Source of the DNA: Actinomycetota bacterium
GTDB lineage: Bacteria; Actinomycetota; UBA4738; HRBIN12
Reading direction: 5' to 3'
DNA length: 64,000 nt
Assembly (NCBI GenBank): GCA_035640355.1
Contig: DASQWI010000023.1
Span: 6,563-70,562 of the forward strand
The translations under genes were made by a program, and so were the position numbers. Shown in pieces: positions 17,797 through 28,069 of this stretch. Position 1 is the stretch's first letter, and every line of letters starts with the position of its first letter. The notes under the pieces were generated by a model. The model searched no databases. It was not told the DNA's origin and worked only from the letters and a program-made list of their open reading frames with translations.

Positions 17797-20076
17797 CTAG
17801 GAGACCTTCTCGACCTCGCGAGCCGGCTCCGACGGGGGGTCCGTCTCCACGACGAGCTCGGACTTGCGGGCCTTCGACACCCAGACCGCGCTCCCCACGA
17901 TCAACGCCGCGACGATCACGACGACGATCCGGACAAGCTCGCTGTCGGCCTGCTCGACCACGACCGGAGCGAAGAGCAGCGCCACGAGGTTCATCACCTT
18001 GATCAACGGGTTGAGCGCCGGCCCAGCCGTGTCCTTGAACGGGTCACCCACCGTGTCGCCGATGACCGCTGCCTTATGCGACTCGCTCCCCTTCCCACCG
18101 TAGTGGCCCTCCTCGACGAACTTCTTCGCGTTGTCCCATGAGCCACCGGAGTTCGAGAACATCACGGCGAGGAGCTGCCCGGTGAGGATCGAGCCGGCCA
18201 GGAACGCTCCGAGCGCCTCGGCCTCGAGGGCGAACCCGACGATGATCGGGCTCAACACCGCGAGCAATCCCGGCGTCAGCAGCTCGCGAAGCGACGTCTT
18301 GGTGCAGATGTCGACGACCCGGGCGTAGTCCGGCTGCTCCTTGTACTCCATGATCCCGGGGTGCTCGCGGAATTGGTTGCGGACCTCGACGACGACCTGC
18401 GACGCGGCCCGGCCCACCGCTCTGATCGCGAGCGAGGAGAACAGGAACGCGACCGAGCCACCGATCAACAGGCCGACGAGTACGTCGGGCTTGTCGACGC
18501 TGATCGGGAAGACGCCCTCTTCCCCGAGCGCACCGAGAACGGCCTCGGCGAACGAACCGAACAGTGAGGTTGCGGCGATGACCGCAGTGGCGATGGCGAT
18601 CCCCTTGGTGATCGCCTTCGTCGAGTTCCCCACCGCGTCGAGTCCGGTCAGGACCTGCGCGGGCCGACCCTCGAACTCGCCGGACATCTCCGCGATGCCC
18701 TGCGCGTTGTCGGACACTGGGCCGTACGTGTCCATCGACACGATCACGCCGACGGTCGTGAGCATCCCCATGCCCGTCAGCGAGATGAAGTAGAGCTGCT
18801 CGCTCACGTTGTCGCCGAGGACGAACGCCCCGGTGATCACCGCCGCGATCACCAGGATCGCCCACACGGTCGACTCCAGCCCGACGGAGAACCCCGACAG
18901 GATCGTCGTCGCCGGCCCCGTCTGCGTGGACTCGGCGATCTCCTGCACCGGCTTGAACTTGGTGTCGGTGAAGTACTGCGTGAGCACTTGGATCACGCTC
19001 GCCAGGATGAGACCGAACAACACCGCGGCACCCGGGCGCCAGTCATCGATGTAGATGCCGCTGATCACGAACACGGCGACGGCGGAGACCGCCGCCGATA
19101 GGAAGAAACCGCGGTTGATCGCCTTCATGCCGTGCTCGGTCTCGCTCCGCGGCGTCACCGCGAGGATCCCGATGATCGACGTGATCACGCCCACGGCGCG
19201 GACGAACAGCGGGAACATCACGCCGGCGATCGCACCGACCTCGGTCCCCGCGTAGGCGGCAGCGCCGAGGATCAACGACGCGACCAGCGTGACCTCATAG
19301 GACTCGAACAGGTCGGCGGCCATCCCGGCGCAGTCGCCGACGTTGTCGCCCACGTTGTCGGCGATCACCGCAGCGTTCCGCGGGTCGTCCTCGGGAATAC
19401 CCTTCTCCACCTTGCCCACGAGGTCGGCGCCCACGTCGGCGGCCTTCGTGAAGATGCCGCCGCCCACGCGCATGAACATCGCCAGGAGCGCGCCACCGAA
19501 GCCGAACCCGACCAGCACACTTGTCGCGTCTTCCTTGTAGATCAACAGGATCACCGTCGCGCCGAGGAGGCCGAGCCCAACGGTGAACATCCCGGCGACA
19601 CCGCCGGCTCGGAACGCGATCTTCAGCGCGCGGCGCAGACCGCTTTCACGCGCCGCGTTCGCCGTGCGTACGTTCGCTCGGACGGCGAGCCACATGCCCG
19701 CGTATCCGGTGAGGGCGCTGAACCCGGCGCCGAGGATGAACGCGAGCGATCGACCGACGCGGATGAAGGTCTCGCTGTGCGTCCCGCTCTCGGCTACGGG
19801 AAGAGCGAAGAACAGGACCACCGTGAGCAGCGCCATGAAGATGCCCACGGTGCGGAACTGGCGGTTCAGGTACGCCTTCGCGCCGACCTGGATGGCGCCG
19901 GCGATCTGCCGCATCTTCTCGGTTCCCTCGGGCGCGGCGAGGACCTGGCGGGCGAGGTAGTAGGCGAAGACGAGTGCGCCGAGCGAGATGAGCAAGATGA
20001 TCCAGAGCGATCTGGTCTCGAACGCCCCGAAGACGACCTCGAGCGGGCCGCCCTCCTGGGCCAGCACTCCGTGCAA
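17797..20076 (-). CDS. hppA: Membrane-bound H+(or Na+)-translocating pyrophosphatase
   Basis: 759-aa polytopic ORF with canonical PPase motifs (GGIFTKAADVGADLVGKVE, DNVGDNVGDCAGMAADLFESY, DTVGDPFKDTAGPALN). Confidence 0.9.
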   Translation of the reverse strand: MHGVLAQEGGPLEVVFGAFETRSLWIILLISLGALVFAYYLARQVLAAPEGTEKMRQIAGAIQVGAKAYLNRQFRTVGIFMALLTVVLFFALPVAESGTHSETFIRVGRSLAFILGAGFSALTGYAGMWLAVRANVRTANAARESGLRRALKIAFRAGGVAGMFTVGLGLLGATVILLIYKEDATSVLVGFGFGGALLAMFMRVGGGIFTKAADVGADLVGKVEKGIPEDDPRNAAVIADNVGDNVGDCAGMAADLFESYEVTLVASLILGAAAYAGTEVGAIAGVMFPLFVRAVGVITSIIGILAVTPRSETEHGMKAINRGFFLSAAVSAVAVFVISGIYIDDWRPGAAVLFGLILASVIQVLTQYFTDTKFKPVQEIAESTQTGPATTILSGFSVGLESTVWAILVIAAVITGAFVLGDNVSEQLYFISLTGMGMLTTVGVIVSMDTYGPVSDNAQGIAEMSGEFEGRPAQVLTGLDAVGNSTKAITKGIAIATAVIAATSLFGSFAEAVLGALGEEGVFPISVDKPDVLVGLLIGGSVAFLFSSLAIRAVGRAASQVVVEVRNQFREHPGIMEYKEQPDYARVVDICTKTSLRELLTPGLLAVLSPIIVGFALEAEALGAFLAGSILTGQLLAVMFSNSGGSWDNAKKFVEEGHYGGKGSESHKAAVIGDTVGDPFKDTAGPALNPLIKVMNLVALLFAPVVVEQADSELVRIVVVIVAALIVGSAVWVSKARKSELVVETDPPSEPAREVEKVS

Positions 20077-20178
20077 CAGCGGAACCTCCTCGGTCTGGTT
20101 CGTTGAACGCGACGCGACGCCGCAGGACTCGGCGAATTATAGAGAGAGGGCCGCGTCGGCGGCGCGCCCAGATCCGCG

Positions 20179-21558
20179 TCACGAGGAGGCCTCTGAGTTC
20201 CTCGAGCTCCGCCCAAGACGAAGAACCGCGACGCCGGCCGTTCCCGCGAGAAGTGACGCGGCGAAGATGCCGACCTTCGCGTGCCCGGTGAGCGTCGGAT
20301 CGGCGAACGCGAGGTCGGCGACGAACAGCGAGACCGTGAAGCCTATCCCCGCAACGGCGGCGACGCCCACGATGTGGCGCCATCCGCAGCCGGCCGGGAG
20401 AACTCCGAGCCCCGTTCGGACGGCGATCGCGCTCGCCGACGTGATCCCAACGATCTTGCCGACAACCAAGCCGAGGATCACGCCGAGCGTCACCGTGCTC
20501 GTCGCCGCGTCCGCGAGCACGTCGGCCGACAACGCGACGCCGGCGTTCGCGAACGCGAAAACCGGGACGACGACGTTGCTCGTCCAGGGGTGAAGAGCTG
20601 CCTCCACACGAGCGAGCGGGGAGACGGCTTCGCGTGTGAGGGACGCCAGCCGTAGCCACTGTGGCGCGTCTGCGTCTGGCGGTTCGGGATCGTCGACGGT
20701 CTTCTCGGCCGTTCGGTTCGCCTCGTCGCTCACCGTTCGTGGACGCTGGAAGGGCCGCGAAGGCGTGACGGCTCCAAGGATCACTCCGGCGATGGTTGGA
20801 TGGACGCCCGACTCGAAGAACGCCAGCCACACGGCGATGCCAAGGCCCACGTAGACGACGCCGGCTCGAACGTCTAGCCATTGCAGCGCAACCATCGACG
20901 CGACCAGCCCGGCCGCGAGGAGCAGCGCCGTGACGCTGACGCCATCTGAGTAGAACAGCGCGATGACCAGGATGGCCCCGATGTCGTCGACGATGGCGAG
21001 CGTCAACAGGAACGGTTTCATGCTCGGTGGAGCACTCCGGGCCGCGAGCGTGAGCACGCCGAGAGCGAACGCGATGTCTGTCGCCATCGGGATGCCCCAT
21101 CCGCGGGACCCGTCGCCGGTCGCGTTCAACAGGAGGTAGATGAGGGCGGGTAGCACCATCCCGCCGATCGCGGCGATCACCGGGACGGCAGCCGCCCGGG
21201 GTCGCCGGAGCTCGCCGGTCAGCAACTCGCGCTTGATCTCGAGACCGACGACAAGAAAGAACAGAGCCATCAGCGCGTCGTTGACCCAGTTCCGAAGGTC
21301 CTCGCTGAGGACCCAGTCGCCCAACCGAATCGTGATGACGGTCCTCCACAGGTCCTCGTAGGTCGACCTCCATGGCGAATTCGCCCACGCGAGGGCGATC
21401 GCGGCGGCGGCGAGCAGCAGGATCCCGGAGGACGTCTCTTCCTCGAGGAAAGACTGAAGCGGTTGGACCACGCGACGAGGAAACGGTCGCTGCGAGCGAG
21501 ACCATGGAGCGCGCGGTCCCTCGTCGGCGATCGGGTCGGGTGGTTGGGTCGAGGCCAT
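20179..21558 (-). CDS. nhaA: Na+/H+ antiporter NhaA
   Basis: NhaA signature (PLQSFLEEETSSGILLLAAAAIALAWANSP ... FFLVVGLEIKRE ... DDIGAILVIALFY). Start taken at MASTQPP; an upstream in-frame Met exists. Confidence 0.85.
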   Translation of the reverse strand: MASTQPPDPIADEGPRAPWSRSQRPFPRRVVQPLQSFLEEETSSGILLLAAAAIALAWANSPWRSTYEDLWRTVITIRLGDWVLSEDLRNWVNDALMALFFLVVGLEIKRELLTGELRRPRAAAVPVIAAIGGMVLPALIYLLLNATGDGSRGWGIPMATDIAFALGVLTLAARSAPPSMKPFLLTLAIVDDIGAILVIALFYSDGVSVTALLLAAGLVASMVALQWLDVRAGVVYVGLGIAVWLAFFESGVHPTIAGVILGAVTPSRPFQRPRTVSDEANRTAEKTVDDPEPPDADAPQWLRLASLTREAVSPLARVEAALHPWTSNVVVPVFAFANAGVALSADVLADAATSTVTLGVILGLVVGKIVGITSASAIAVRTGLGVLPAGCGWRHIVGVAAVAGIGFTVSLFVADLAFADPTLTGHAKVGIFAASLLAGTAGVAVLRLGRSSRNSEASS

Positions 21559-21639
21559 GGTCGTCTCCCCGCCGACCAGGCTTCCCGGCACACCTCCATG
21601 AAACGCCGTGCAGGTTACTCCGAGATGAGGTGGTTGTGA

Positions 21640-22421
21640 TGGCCGCGTCCGGCCGATACCCTCAGCGGGCTTTGACCGATAGTCGTATCGCGCAGCCCGT
21701 CACCGCCAACCGCGCGCAACGCAGGAACGGCAACCGCAAGCGCCGCCTCCCCCTCGCCGCCCTGCTAGTGCCCGTCGCGCTCGTCGCGGCAGGCGTCGTG
21801 CTCTTCTTCGTCGTCTCCGGAGGCAACGGCGGTGGTCTCATCGGTGGAGACGAAGACGATGAGGCGGCGCCGCCGTTCGACTTCCGAGTCGGGCGAGTGC
21901 GTGTCGAACGTGTCGTCGCCGACGCTGACACCAAAGCGCTCAAGACAGAGGCCGAGGCACTGGTCACCGATGACATCACCCCGGTCATCGACGAGCTGTG
22001 GACTGACGGGTTCCTCGATCCGGCCAACTGGCGGAGCGGCGACTACGAGGAGCTCTTCTCGCTGTTCGATGCCGACGCCGCGACGACCGCGCGGAGCAAC
22101 GTGGACGTGTTGACGCTCGGAACCACCGCGGGTGATCAATACGAGCGCGTCACGCCCGACCGCGGCGGGATCACCTACACGGTGCTGTTCAACCGCGACA
22201 ACAATCCTGACACGGTGACGGCAAGCGTGCGGTTCCGCGCAACGGCGGAGCTCAACGACGGGACATTCGTTGCCATCGTGAGTGCGGGCGAACTCTTCCT
22301 GCGGGAAAGCGACGGGTGGAAGGTCATCGCGTTCGACGTCCTCCGCAACGACCGCGAAACGACGCCCCCGACGCCGGCGCCGTCCGGCGCGACGCCGAGC
22401 GCAACCGGAGCGACGGGCTAG
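21640..22421 (+). CDS. Hypothetical membrane-anchored/secreted protein
   Basis: Internal start MAASGRYP, chosen to avoid overlap with nhaA. N-terminal hydrophobic anchor LPLAALLVPVALVAAGVVLFFVV. No family recognised. Confidence 0.5.
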
Positions 22422-22422
22422 C

Positions 22423-23391
22423 GTGGCAGTTCGCGTTCACAGGGCTCGCCGGATCGCGCTCGCCGTGTCGCTCGTCACGGCGTGGGTTGTCGGCTCGACC
22501 GTGGGGACGACGTCGGGTCCGACGACCGCGCGAGCGATGCCGCTGTTCCAGATCGAGCAGGCACACGCGGAACACGTTCCGGTGCTCGACGGCTCGGAGC
22601 CGATCTTTGTCCTGCTCATCGGCAGCGACGCGCGTCCCGGGGAGGAGGTCGGCGAGGTGCGTGCCGATTCGATCCACATCGCCGCCATCAATCCGGCCAA
22701 GGCGAAGATGACCATCGTCGGCTTCCCGCGCGATGCCATCGTGCCGATACCCGGCTTCGGAACCACCAAGATCAACGCGGCGATGGTGAGCGGAGGTCCT
22801 GAGCTCGTGCTAGAGACCGTAGAGGATCTCACCGGGATCACGATGGACTACTGGGCGCTGACCGGGTTCCAGGGCTTCGACGCGATGATCACGCAGGTCG
22901 GCGGGCTCACAATGGACGTGCCGTTCAGCGTGGTCGACTCCGCCGCCGAGGCGAACATCCCGGCCGGACGCCAGGAGCTGACCGGAGACGACGCGCTCGC
23001 GTTTGCCCGAGCGCGCCACGCACTCCCGTCGGGCGACTTCGGCCGTTCGGAGAACCAGGGCAGGTTGATGGTCGCGGCCCTCGCGCAGCTGAAGCGCGAG
23101 TTCACGAAGGACCCGAGCCGGTTGCTCGTGTGGATCGGGGCCGGACTTCGCAACGCGCAGAGCGACGTGCCCCTCGACGAGTTGATGACACTCGCGTTCA
23201 CAGCTACGACGGTGAATCCCAAGCGCGTCGTGAACATCGTCCTCCCGGGGTCCGTGGGGATGAGCGGGACCGCTTCCATCGTCAACCTGAACCAGACAGA
23301 GCTTCAGACCATCTCGCGCGACCTCGAGAGCGACGGCCTGTTGAAACGAACAAATATCCCGCCGTCGCCGAACCAGCAGCTCCTGTCGTAG
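22423..23391 (+). CDS. LytR-CpsA-Psr (LCP) family cell-wall polymer transferase
   Basis: GTG start with a signal-anchor. LCP core (FVLLIGSDAR ... RADSIHIAAINP ... VGFPRD ... KINAA). Confidence 0.75.
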   Translation: MAVRVHRARRIALAVSLVTAWVVGSTVGTTSGPTTARAMPLFQIEQAHAEHVPVLDGSEPIFVLLIGSDARPGEEVGEVRADSIHIAAINPAKAKMTIVGFPRDAIVPIPGFGTTKINAAMVSGGPELVLETVEDLTGITMDYWALTGFQGFDAMITQVGGLTMDVPFSVVDSAAEANIPAGRQELTGDDALAFARARHALPSGDFGRSENQGRLMVAALAQLKREFTKDPSRLLVWIGAGLRNAQSDVPLDELMTLAFTATTVNPKRVVNIVLPGSVGMSGTASIVNLNQTELQTISRDLESDGLLKRTNIPPSPNQQLLS

Positions 23392-23445
23392 CGCACCGAT
23401 CTCCTCAGAACCCTGTGGCGCAGCTCCTCTGCTAGGTTCGCGCGC

Positions 23446-24768
23446 GTGACGGACGAGGAGCTTCGGGACGTCCATCCCGGGCGCCAGGGCCTCGGCGTGG
23501 GGCTCGCGATCGGCATCACGATCCCCGGGATCCTCCTCCGGCTGTACCACCCCGACGTTCCGCATCCGATCGAGGCACTGCTGTTCGGTCTCGCAATCAT
23601 CGGCGCGGCATTCGTTCTGTCATGGGCGGCGGAAGTAGCTCAGCTCGACATCTCCGCCGGCCTCGCCATCGCAGTCCTCGCGTTCATAGCCGTCTTGCCC
23701 GAATACGCCGTCGACTTCGTGCTGGCCTTCAACGGCGGCCAGGACTTCGCCGAGTTCGGAAGAGAGTGCAAGCCGCCGGGCGACCTGGGAGAGAGCGCAT
23801 GCTCGCTCGCGCTCGCCAACATGACCGGCGCGAACCGCCTGCTGATCGGGATCGGGTGGTCGCTCGTCGTCTTCATCGCGTACTACCGGTCCCGCCGAGG
23901 CCCGCGGCGTATGACCGAGGTTCAGCTCGAGCGCTCACACGCCGTCGAGGTGACCTTCCTGGGCATCGCGACGATCTACTCGTTGACGCTCCCACTGAAG
24001 GAGAGCATCACACCGGTCGACGCCGCGATCCTCGTGACCCTCTTCATGGCATACACGATCCGCGTCTCGCGAGCGCCGGCGGAGCAACCACATCTCGTCG
24101 GGCCGGCACGCCTGGTCGGCACCTTTCGCACGCCCCAGCGGCGGCTCTCAGTCATCCTGATGTTCGTCTTCTCGGCGACGGTGATCCTCCTGGTTGCGGA
24201 GGTGTTCGCGGAGGCGCTGGTGGATACGGGTCGCGAGTTCGGCGTCAGCGAGTTCCTGTTGATCCAGTGGCTCGCGCCGCTCGCTTCGGAAGCGCCGGAG
24301 CTCCTCGTGGCGGGACTGTACGCCTGGAGGCTGAACACGAATGCCGGACTGGGCACGCTCGTCTCGTCGAAGGTGAACCAGTGGACGTTGTTGGTCGGGA
24401 CGTTGCCGATCGTGTTCAGCATCGCGGCGGGAGGTCTGCACGGCCTACCGATCGACGCGCACCAGCGCGAGGAGCTGCTGCTCACCGCGGCACAGTCGTT
24501 CTTCGCGCTCGCGGTTCTGCTCACGCTGTCGATCTCGACGCGCGAGGCCATCCTGCTGTTCACGCTGTTCTGGGCCCAGTTCATCATCGGGGCGGTGGTG
24601 CCCGAGTCCGTCACATTCGCCGAACGCGTCGGCGTCTCTGCTGTCTACATCCTGTTGGGACTGGCGATCTTCGCGCGGGACCGCCACCTGATCGGGCCGC
24701 TCGTGCGGGACGGGTTGTTCACCCCGTACAAGCACCTGAACGGCGATCGCGAGATACCGGGCGAGTAG
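23446..24768 (+). CDS. CaCA-family cation/Ca2+ exchanger (Na+/Ca2+ antiporter-like)
   Basis: 440 aa, ~10 TM helices, with two alpha-repeat-like regions (LPEYAVDF ... and LAPLASEAPELLVA). Confidence 0.7.
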   Translation: MTDEELRDVHPGRQGLGVGLAIGITIPGILLRLYHPDVPHPIEALLFGLAIIGAAFVLSWAAEVAQLDISAGLAIAVLAFIAVLPEYAVDFVLAFNGGQDFAEFGRECKPPGDLGESACSLALANMTGANRLLIGIGWSLVVFIAYYRSRRGPRRMTEVQLERSHAVEVTFLGIATIYSLTLPLKESITPVDAAILVTLFMAYTIRVSRAPAEQPHLVGPARLVGTFRTPQRRLSVILMFVFSATVILLVAEVFAEALVDTGREFGVSEFLLIQWLAPLASEAPELLVAGLYAWRLNTNAGLGTLVSSKVNQWTLLVGTLPIVFSIAAGGLHGLPIDAHQREELLLTAAQSFFALAVLLTLSISTREAILLFTLFWAQFIIGAVVPESVTFAERVGVSAVYILLGLAIFARDRHLIGPLVRDGLFTPYKHLNGDREIPGE

Positions 24769-24807
24769 CCCCCGCTGATCCACCTGGCCGCACTAGCATC
24801 GAACGCG

Positions 24808-27069
24808 ATGGACGCCCGCGCGTTCCTCGCGTCGCTCGAACGGGATGAGTCGCTCGTGCACCTTCGCGAGCTCCCCGCACGAACGTCGGAGCCCGGCCCG
24901 TTTCCCGACGACGTCCCGTCGATCGTTGTGGACCGCCTCGGGCTCATCGGCGTGACCGGCCTGTACGCGCACCAGCGCACGGCGTTCGACGCCGTTCGCG
25001 CCGGCCGGAACGTGATCGTCGCGACCGGCACCGCGTCGGGGAAGACGCTGGTCTACAACCTGTCGTTCGCGGCGGCCGCGGTCGCCGACGCGAAGAGCAC
25101 GGCGCTCTACCTGTTCCCGACGAAGGCCCTCGCGCGCGACCAGCTCCGTCAGGTCCGCGAGCTCAAGCTGCCGCAGATCCGCGCCGCCGTGTACGACGGC
25201 GACACGCCACGCGCCGAACGCCCGCTGGTGCGGAGGAACGCGAACCTCGTGCTGTCGAACCCGGACATGCTCCACGCCGGGATCCTGCCGGACCATGCTC
25301 GGTGGGCCGATTTCTTCCTTCGACTGTCGCTCGTCGTGGTCGATGAGGCGCACGTCTCGCGCGGCGTCTTCGGATCTCACGTCGCGCAAGTGCTTCGGCG
25401 GCTCCGACGGCTGGTGGCCCACTACGGCGGCGATGCTCGGTTCGTGTTGGCCAGCGCGACGGTTGGCAACCCAGCGGAGCTCGCCGAGCGATTGGTCGGT
25501 GTCCCGTTCGATGCCGTGACAGAGGACGCCTCGCCCACCGGGGAGAAGCTGTTCGCTCTGCTGAATCCCCCGGTGATCGACGAGGAGTCCGGCGCGAGAC
25601 GAAGCGCCCTGACTGAGGCGTCACAGCTCGTCGCCAGCCTGGCAGAGCACGGCGTGAAGTCGATCGGCTTCGCCCGATCGAGGCGCGCCGCAGAGCTGTT
25701 GGCCGAATTCGCGCGTCGCGACCTCGACCCGGAAGTGAGACATCGCGTCAAGTCGTATCGCGCGGGCTACCTCGCGGAGGATCGGCGGCAGCTCGAGCGC
25801 CAACTGGCGAACGACGAGCTCATCGCCGTCGCGTCGACGAACGCGCTCGAGCTGGGCATCGACATCGGCTCGCTCGACGCGGCCGTGCTCGTGGGATACC
25901 CCGGAACGCGCGCGTCCATGTGGCAACAGGCCGGCCGCGCCGGCCGCCGGAACGAGGGCTCGCTGGCCGTGCTGGTCGCGCAGGACGAGCCGCTCGACCA
26001 GTATCTGGTCACGCATCCGGCGGACGTGTTCGACAAGCCGGCGGAGGCCGCGGTCATCGATCCGACCAACCCGTTCGTGCTCGAGCCGCACCTTGCGTGC
26101 GCCGCTCGCGAGTACCCGCTCTCGGACGAAGAGATCGAGACCTTCTGGCCGGACGCGCCGGACTCGCTCGCGCGACTCGAGGAGCGGGGGGAGATCGCGC
26201 GCCGCCAAGAGAAGTGGCACTACCGCGGCCGCGACGTCCCCCACCGGAAGGTCGACATGCGAAGCGCCGGCGGCCACACGTTCTCCATCGTCATCGAGGA
26301 GACCGGCGAGCTCCTCGGGACCGTCGACGAGTCGAGGGCCTTCACCCAGGTCCATCCCGGCGCGATCTACCTGCACCAGGGAGAGCAGTTCGAGGTGCGG
26401 GAGCTCGACCTCGTCGGTCACGCGGCGCTCGTGTCGCGCAGCGACCCGGACTACTACACGCAGGCCCGCGACATCACAGATATCCGAGTCGAAGGCGTGG
26501 ACGAGACCGGCGACACGAGCGGGGGCGTTCCCTCATTCTTCGGAACCGTCCACGTGTCGAACCAGGTGACGGCGTTCGCACGCAAGCACGTCGCGACCGG
26601 CGAGATCCTGGACGTGGTGCCGCTGGTGCTTCCCCCACAGACGCTCGAGACGAAGGCCGTGTGGTGGGCGATCCCGCCGAGCACGATCGAGCGCGCGTCG
26701 ATATCCGAGAGCGCGTTGCCAGGTGCCGCTCACGCTGCGGAGCACGCGGCGATCGGGCTCCTGCCGCTCGTGGCGACGTGCGACCGATGGGATGTCGGCG
26801 GCGTCTCGACAGCGTTCCATCCGGACACGGGCTCGTGCGCGATCTTCGTGTACGACGGCTATCCGGGCGGTGCGGGGATCACGGAACGAGGGTTCCGAAC
26901 GGCAGAGCGCTGGCTCGAGGCGACGCTGGAGACGGTCCGGAACTGCCCGTGCTCGCATGGATGCCCTTCGTGCGTACAGTCGCCGAAGTGCGGCAACGGG
27001 AACGAGCCGCTCGACAAAGCCGCCGCGGTGGCGCTGCTCGCCGCGATGCTGGGGAAGGCGTGGGGATGA
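24808..27069 (+). CDS. DEXH-box SF2 helicase with C-terminal DUF1998 tetracysteine domain (MrfA/SftH-like)
   Basis: 753 aa. Motif I ATGTASGKT, motif II VVDEAH, motif VI QQAGRAGRR. C-terminal CPCSHGCPSCVQSPKCGN zinc cluster. Confidence 0.85.
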   Translation: MDARAFLASLERDESLVHLRELPARTSEPGPFPDDVPSIVVDRLGLIGVTGLYAHQRTAFDAVRAGRNVIVATGTASGKTLVYNLSFAAAAVADAKSTALYLFPTKALARDQLRQVRELKLPQIRAAVYDGDTPRAERPLVRRNANLVLSNPDMLHAGILPDHARWADFFLRLSLVVVDEAHVSRGVFGSHVAQVLRRLRRLVAHYGGDARFVLASATVGNPAELAERLVGVPFDAVTEDASPTGEKLFALLNPPVIDEESGARRSALTEASQLVASLAEHGVKSIGFARSRRAAELLAEFARRDLDPEVRHRVKSYRAGYLAEDRRQLERQLANDELIAVASTNALELGIDIGSLDAAVLVGYPGTRASMWQQAGRAGRRNEGSLAVLVAQDEPLDQYLVTHPADVFDKPAEAAVIDPTNPFVLEPHLACAAREYPLSDEEIETFWPDAPDSLARLEERGEIARRQEKWHYRGRDVPHRKVDMRSAGGHTFSIVIEETGELLGTVDESRAFTQVHPGAIYLHQGEQFEVRELDLVGHAALVSRSDPDYYTQARDITDIRVEGVDETGDTSGGVPSFFGTVHVSNQVTAFARKHVATGEILDVVPLVLPPQTLETKAVWWAIPPSTIERASISESALPGAAHAAEHAAIGLLPLVATCDRWDVGGVSTAFHPDTGSCAIFVYDGYPGGAGITERGFRTAERWLEATLETVRNCPCSHGCPSCVQSPKCGNGNEPLDKAAAVALLAAMLGKAWG

Positions 27070-27557
27070 AACGAGCGCCGTACGTGGCGGTGGTCGGCGC
27101 ATCGGCCGGAACGCCGTCGGAGCTCGCGCTCGGCGAGACGGTCGGGCGGCTGCTGGCGGAGAGGGGCGCCGTGTTGGTGTGCGGCGGGATGGGCGGCGTG
27201 ATGGAGGCCGCGGCGGGAGGAGCGATCAACGGCGGCGGGACGACGGTGGGGATCCTTCCCACGGCGTCGCGGCTCGACGCGAACCCCTACCTCACGATCG
27301 CGGTGGCCACCGGCATGGGCGAGGCGCGAAACGCGATCGTCGTGCGAACGGCCGACGTCGTGATCGCTGTGCACGGCGAGTACGGGACGCTGTCCGAGAT
27401 CGCCCTCGCGCTGAAGATGGGGAAGCCAGTCGTCGGGCTCGGCACGTGGGAGCTCGTTCGCGAAGGCACTGCGATCGATGCGATCGTCCGGGCGACGTCG
27501 GCCGAGGACGCCGTGGCGAAGGCCCTCGGGCTCGCCGCGTCACTGCGCGGGTCGTAG
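27066..27557 (+). CDS. TIGR00725-family (LOG/SLOG-like Rossmann) protein, ATGA-coupled to the helicase
   Basis: 163 aa (MKRAPYVAVVGAS ... VLVCGGMGGVMEAAAGGA ... TVGILP ... TGMGEARN ... GEYGTLSEIALAL). Confidence 0.75.
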   Translation: MKRAPYVAVVGASAGTPSELALGETVGRLLAERGAVLVCGGMGGVMEAAAGGAINGGGTTVGILPTASRLDANPYLTIAVATGMGEARNAIVVRTADVVIAVHGEYGTLSEIALALKMGKPVVGLGTWELVREGTAIDAIVRATSAEDAVAKALGLAASLRGS

Positions 27558-27565
27558 CGACCCGC

Positions 27566-27994
27566 TCAGGGGATCATCAGTCGGCCATCGTCGCCGATCG
27601 TCCACGAGGGGTTGTGCGCGATCTCCCACGTGTGCCCGTCCGGATCCGCGAAGTAGCCGGAGTACCCACCCCATGACGTCTTCTCCAGCCGCTTCAGCAC
27701 GTCGGCGCCGGCGGCCAAGGCACGTTCTAACCACTCGTCCGCCTCGGCCTCCGAGGAGACGTTGATGGCGAACGTCGCGCCGCCGAACGCCGTTCTCCCA
27801 CCGGGCTCGATCGCCGCATCCTCGGCGAGCTCATCGCGTCCGAACAGGCCGATGTACGAGTGCGGCGTCCGGAACCACACGATCTCGTCCAGTGATGACG
27901 TGCACCGCTCGAGTCCGAGCGCATCGTAGAACGCCGACGAGCGGGTGAGATCGTCGACGCCGAGCGTGACGATCGACAGTACGGCCGCGGTCAT
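27566..27994 (-). CDS. VOC/glyoxalase-family protein
   Basis: Start MTAAVLSIVTLGVDDL preceded by an AGGAGGA RBS. Glyoxalase fold motifs (DPDGHTWEI). Confidence 0.65.
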   Translation of the reverse strand: MTAAVLSIVTLGVDDLTRSSAFYDALGLERCTSSLDEIVWFRTPHSYIGLFGRDELAEDAAIEPGGRTAFGGATFAINVSSEAEADEWLERALAAGADVLKRLEKTSWGGYSGYFADPDGHTWEIAHNPSWTIGDDGRLMIP

Positions 27995-28069
27995 GGTTCC
28001 TCCTCGATTGAACGGGAACTCCAAGCGTAGCGCCGGCCCCCGACGGGCTCGGTTGCGCGAGGTCACCGG

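Noticed and set aside
19132-21505. Long ORFs (324 aa +, 619 aa -) overlapping hppA and nhaA
   Set aside because: Off-frame or antisense to two genes with canonical PPase and NhaA motifs. Arg-rich composition.
25920-27557. 545-aa + ORF spanning the helicase
   Set aside because: Only its last ~163 codons (from 27066) are in the real frame (the TIGR00725 protein). The upstream part is an out-of-frame read-through of the helicase region.
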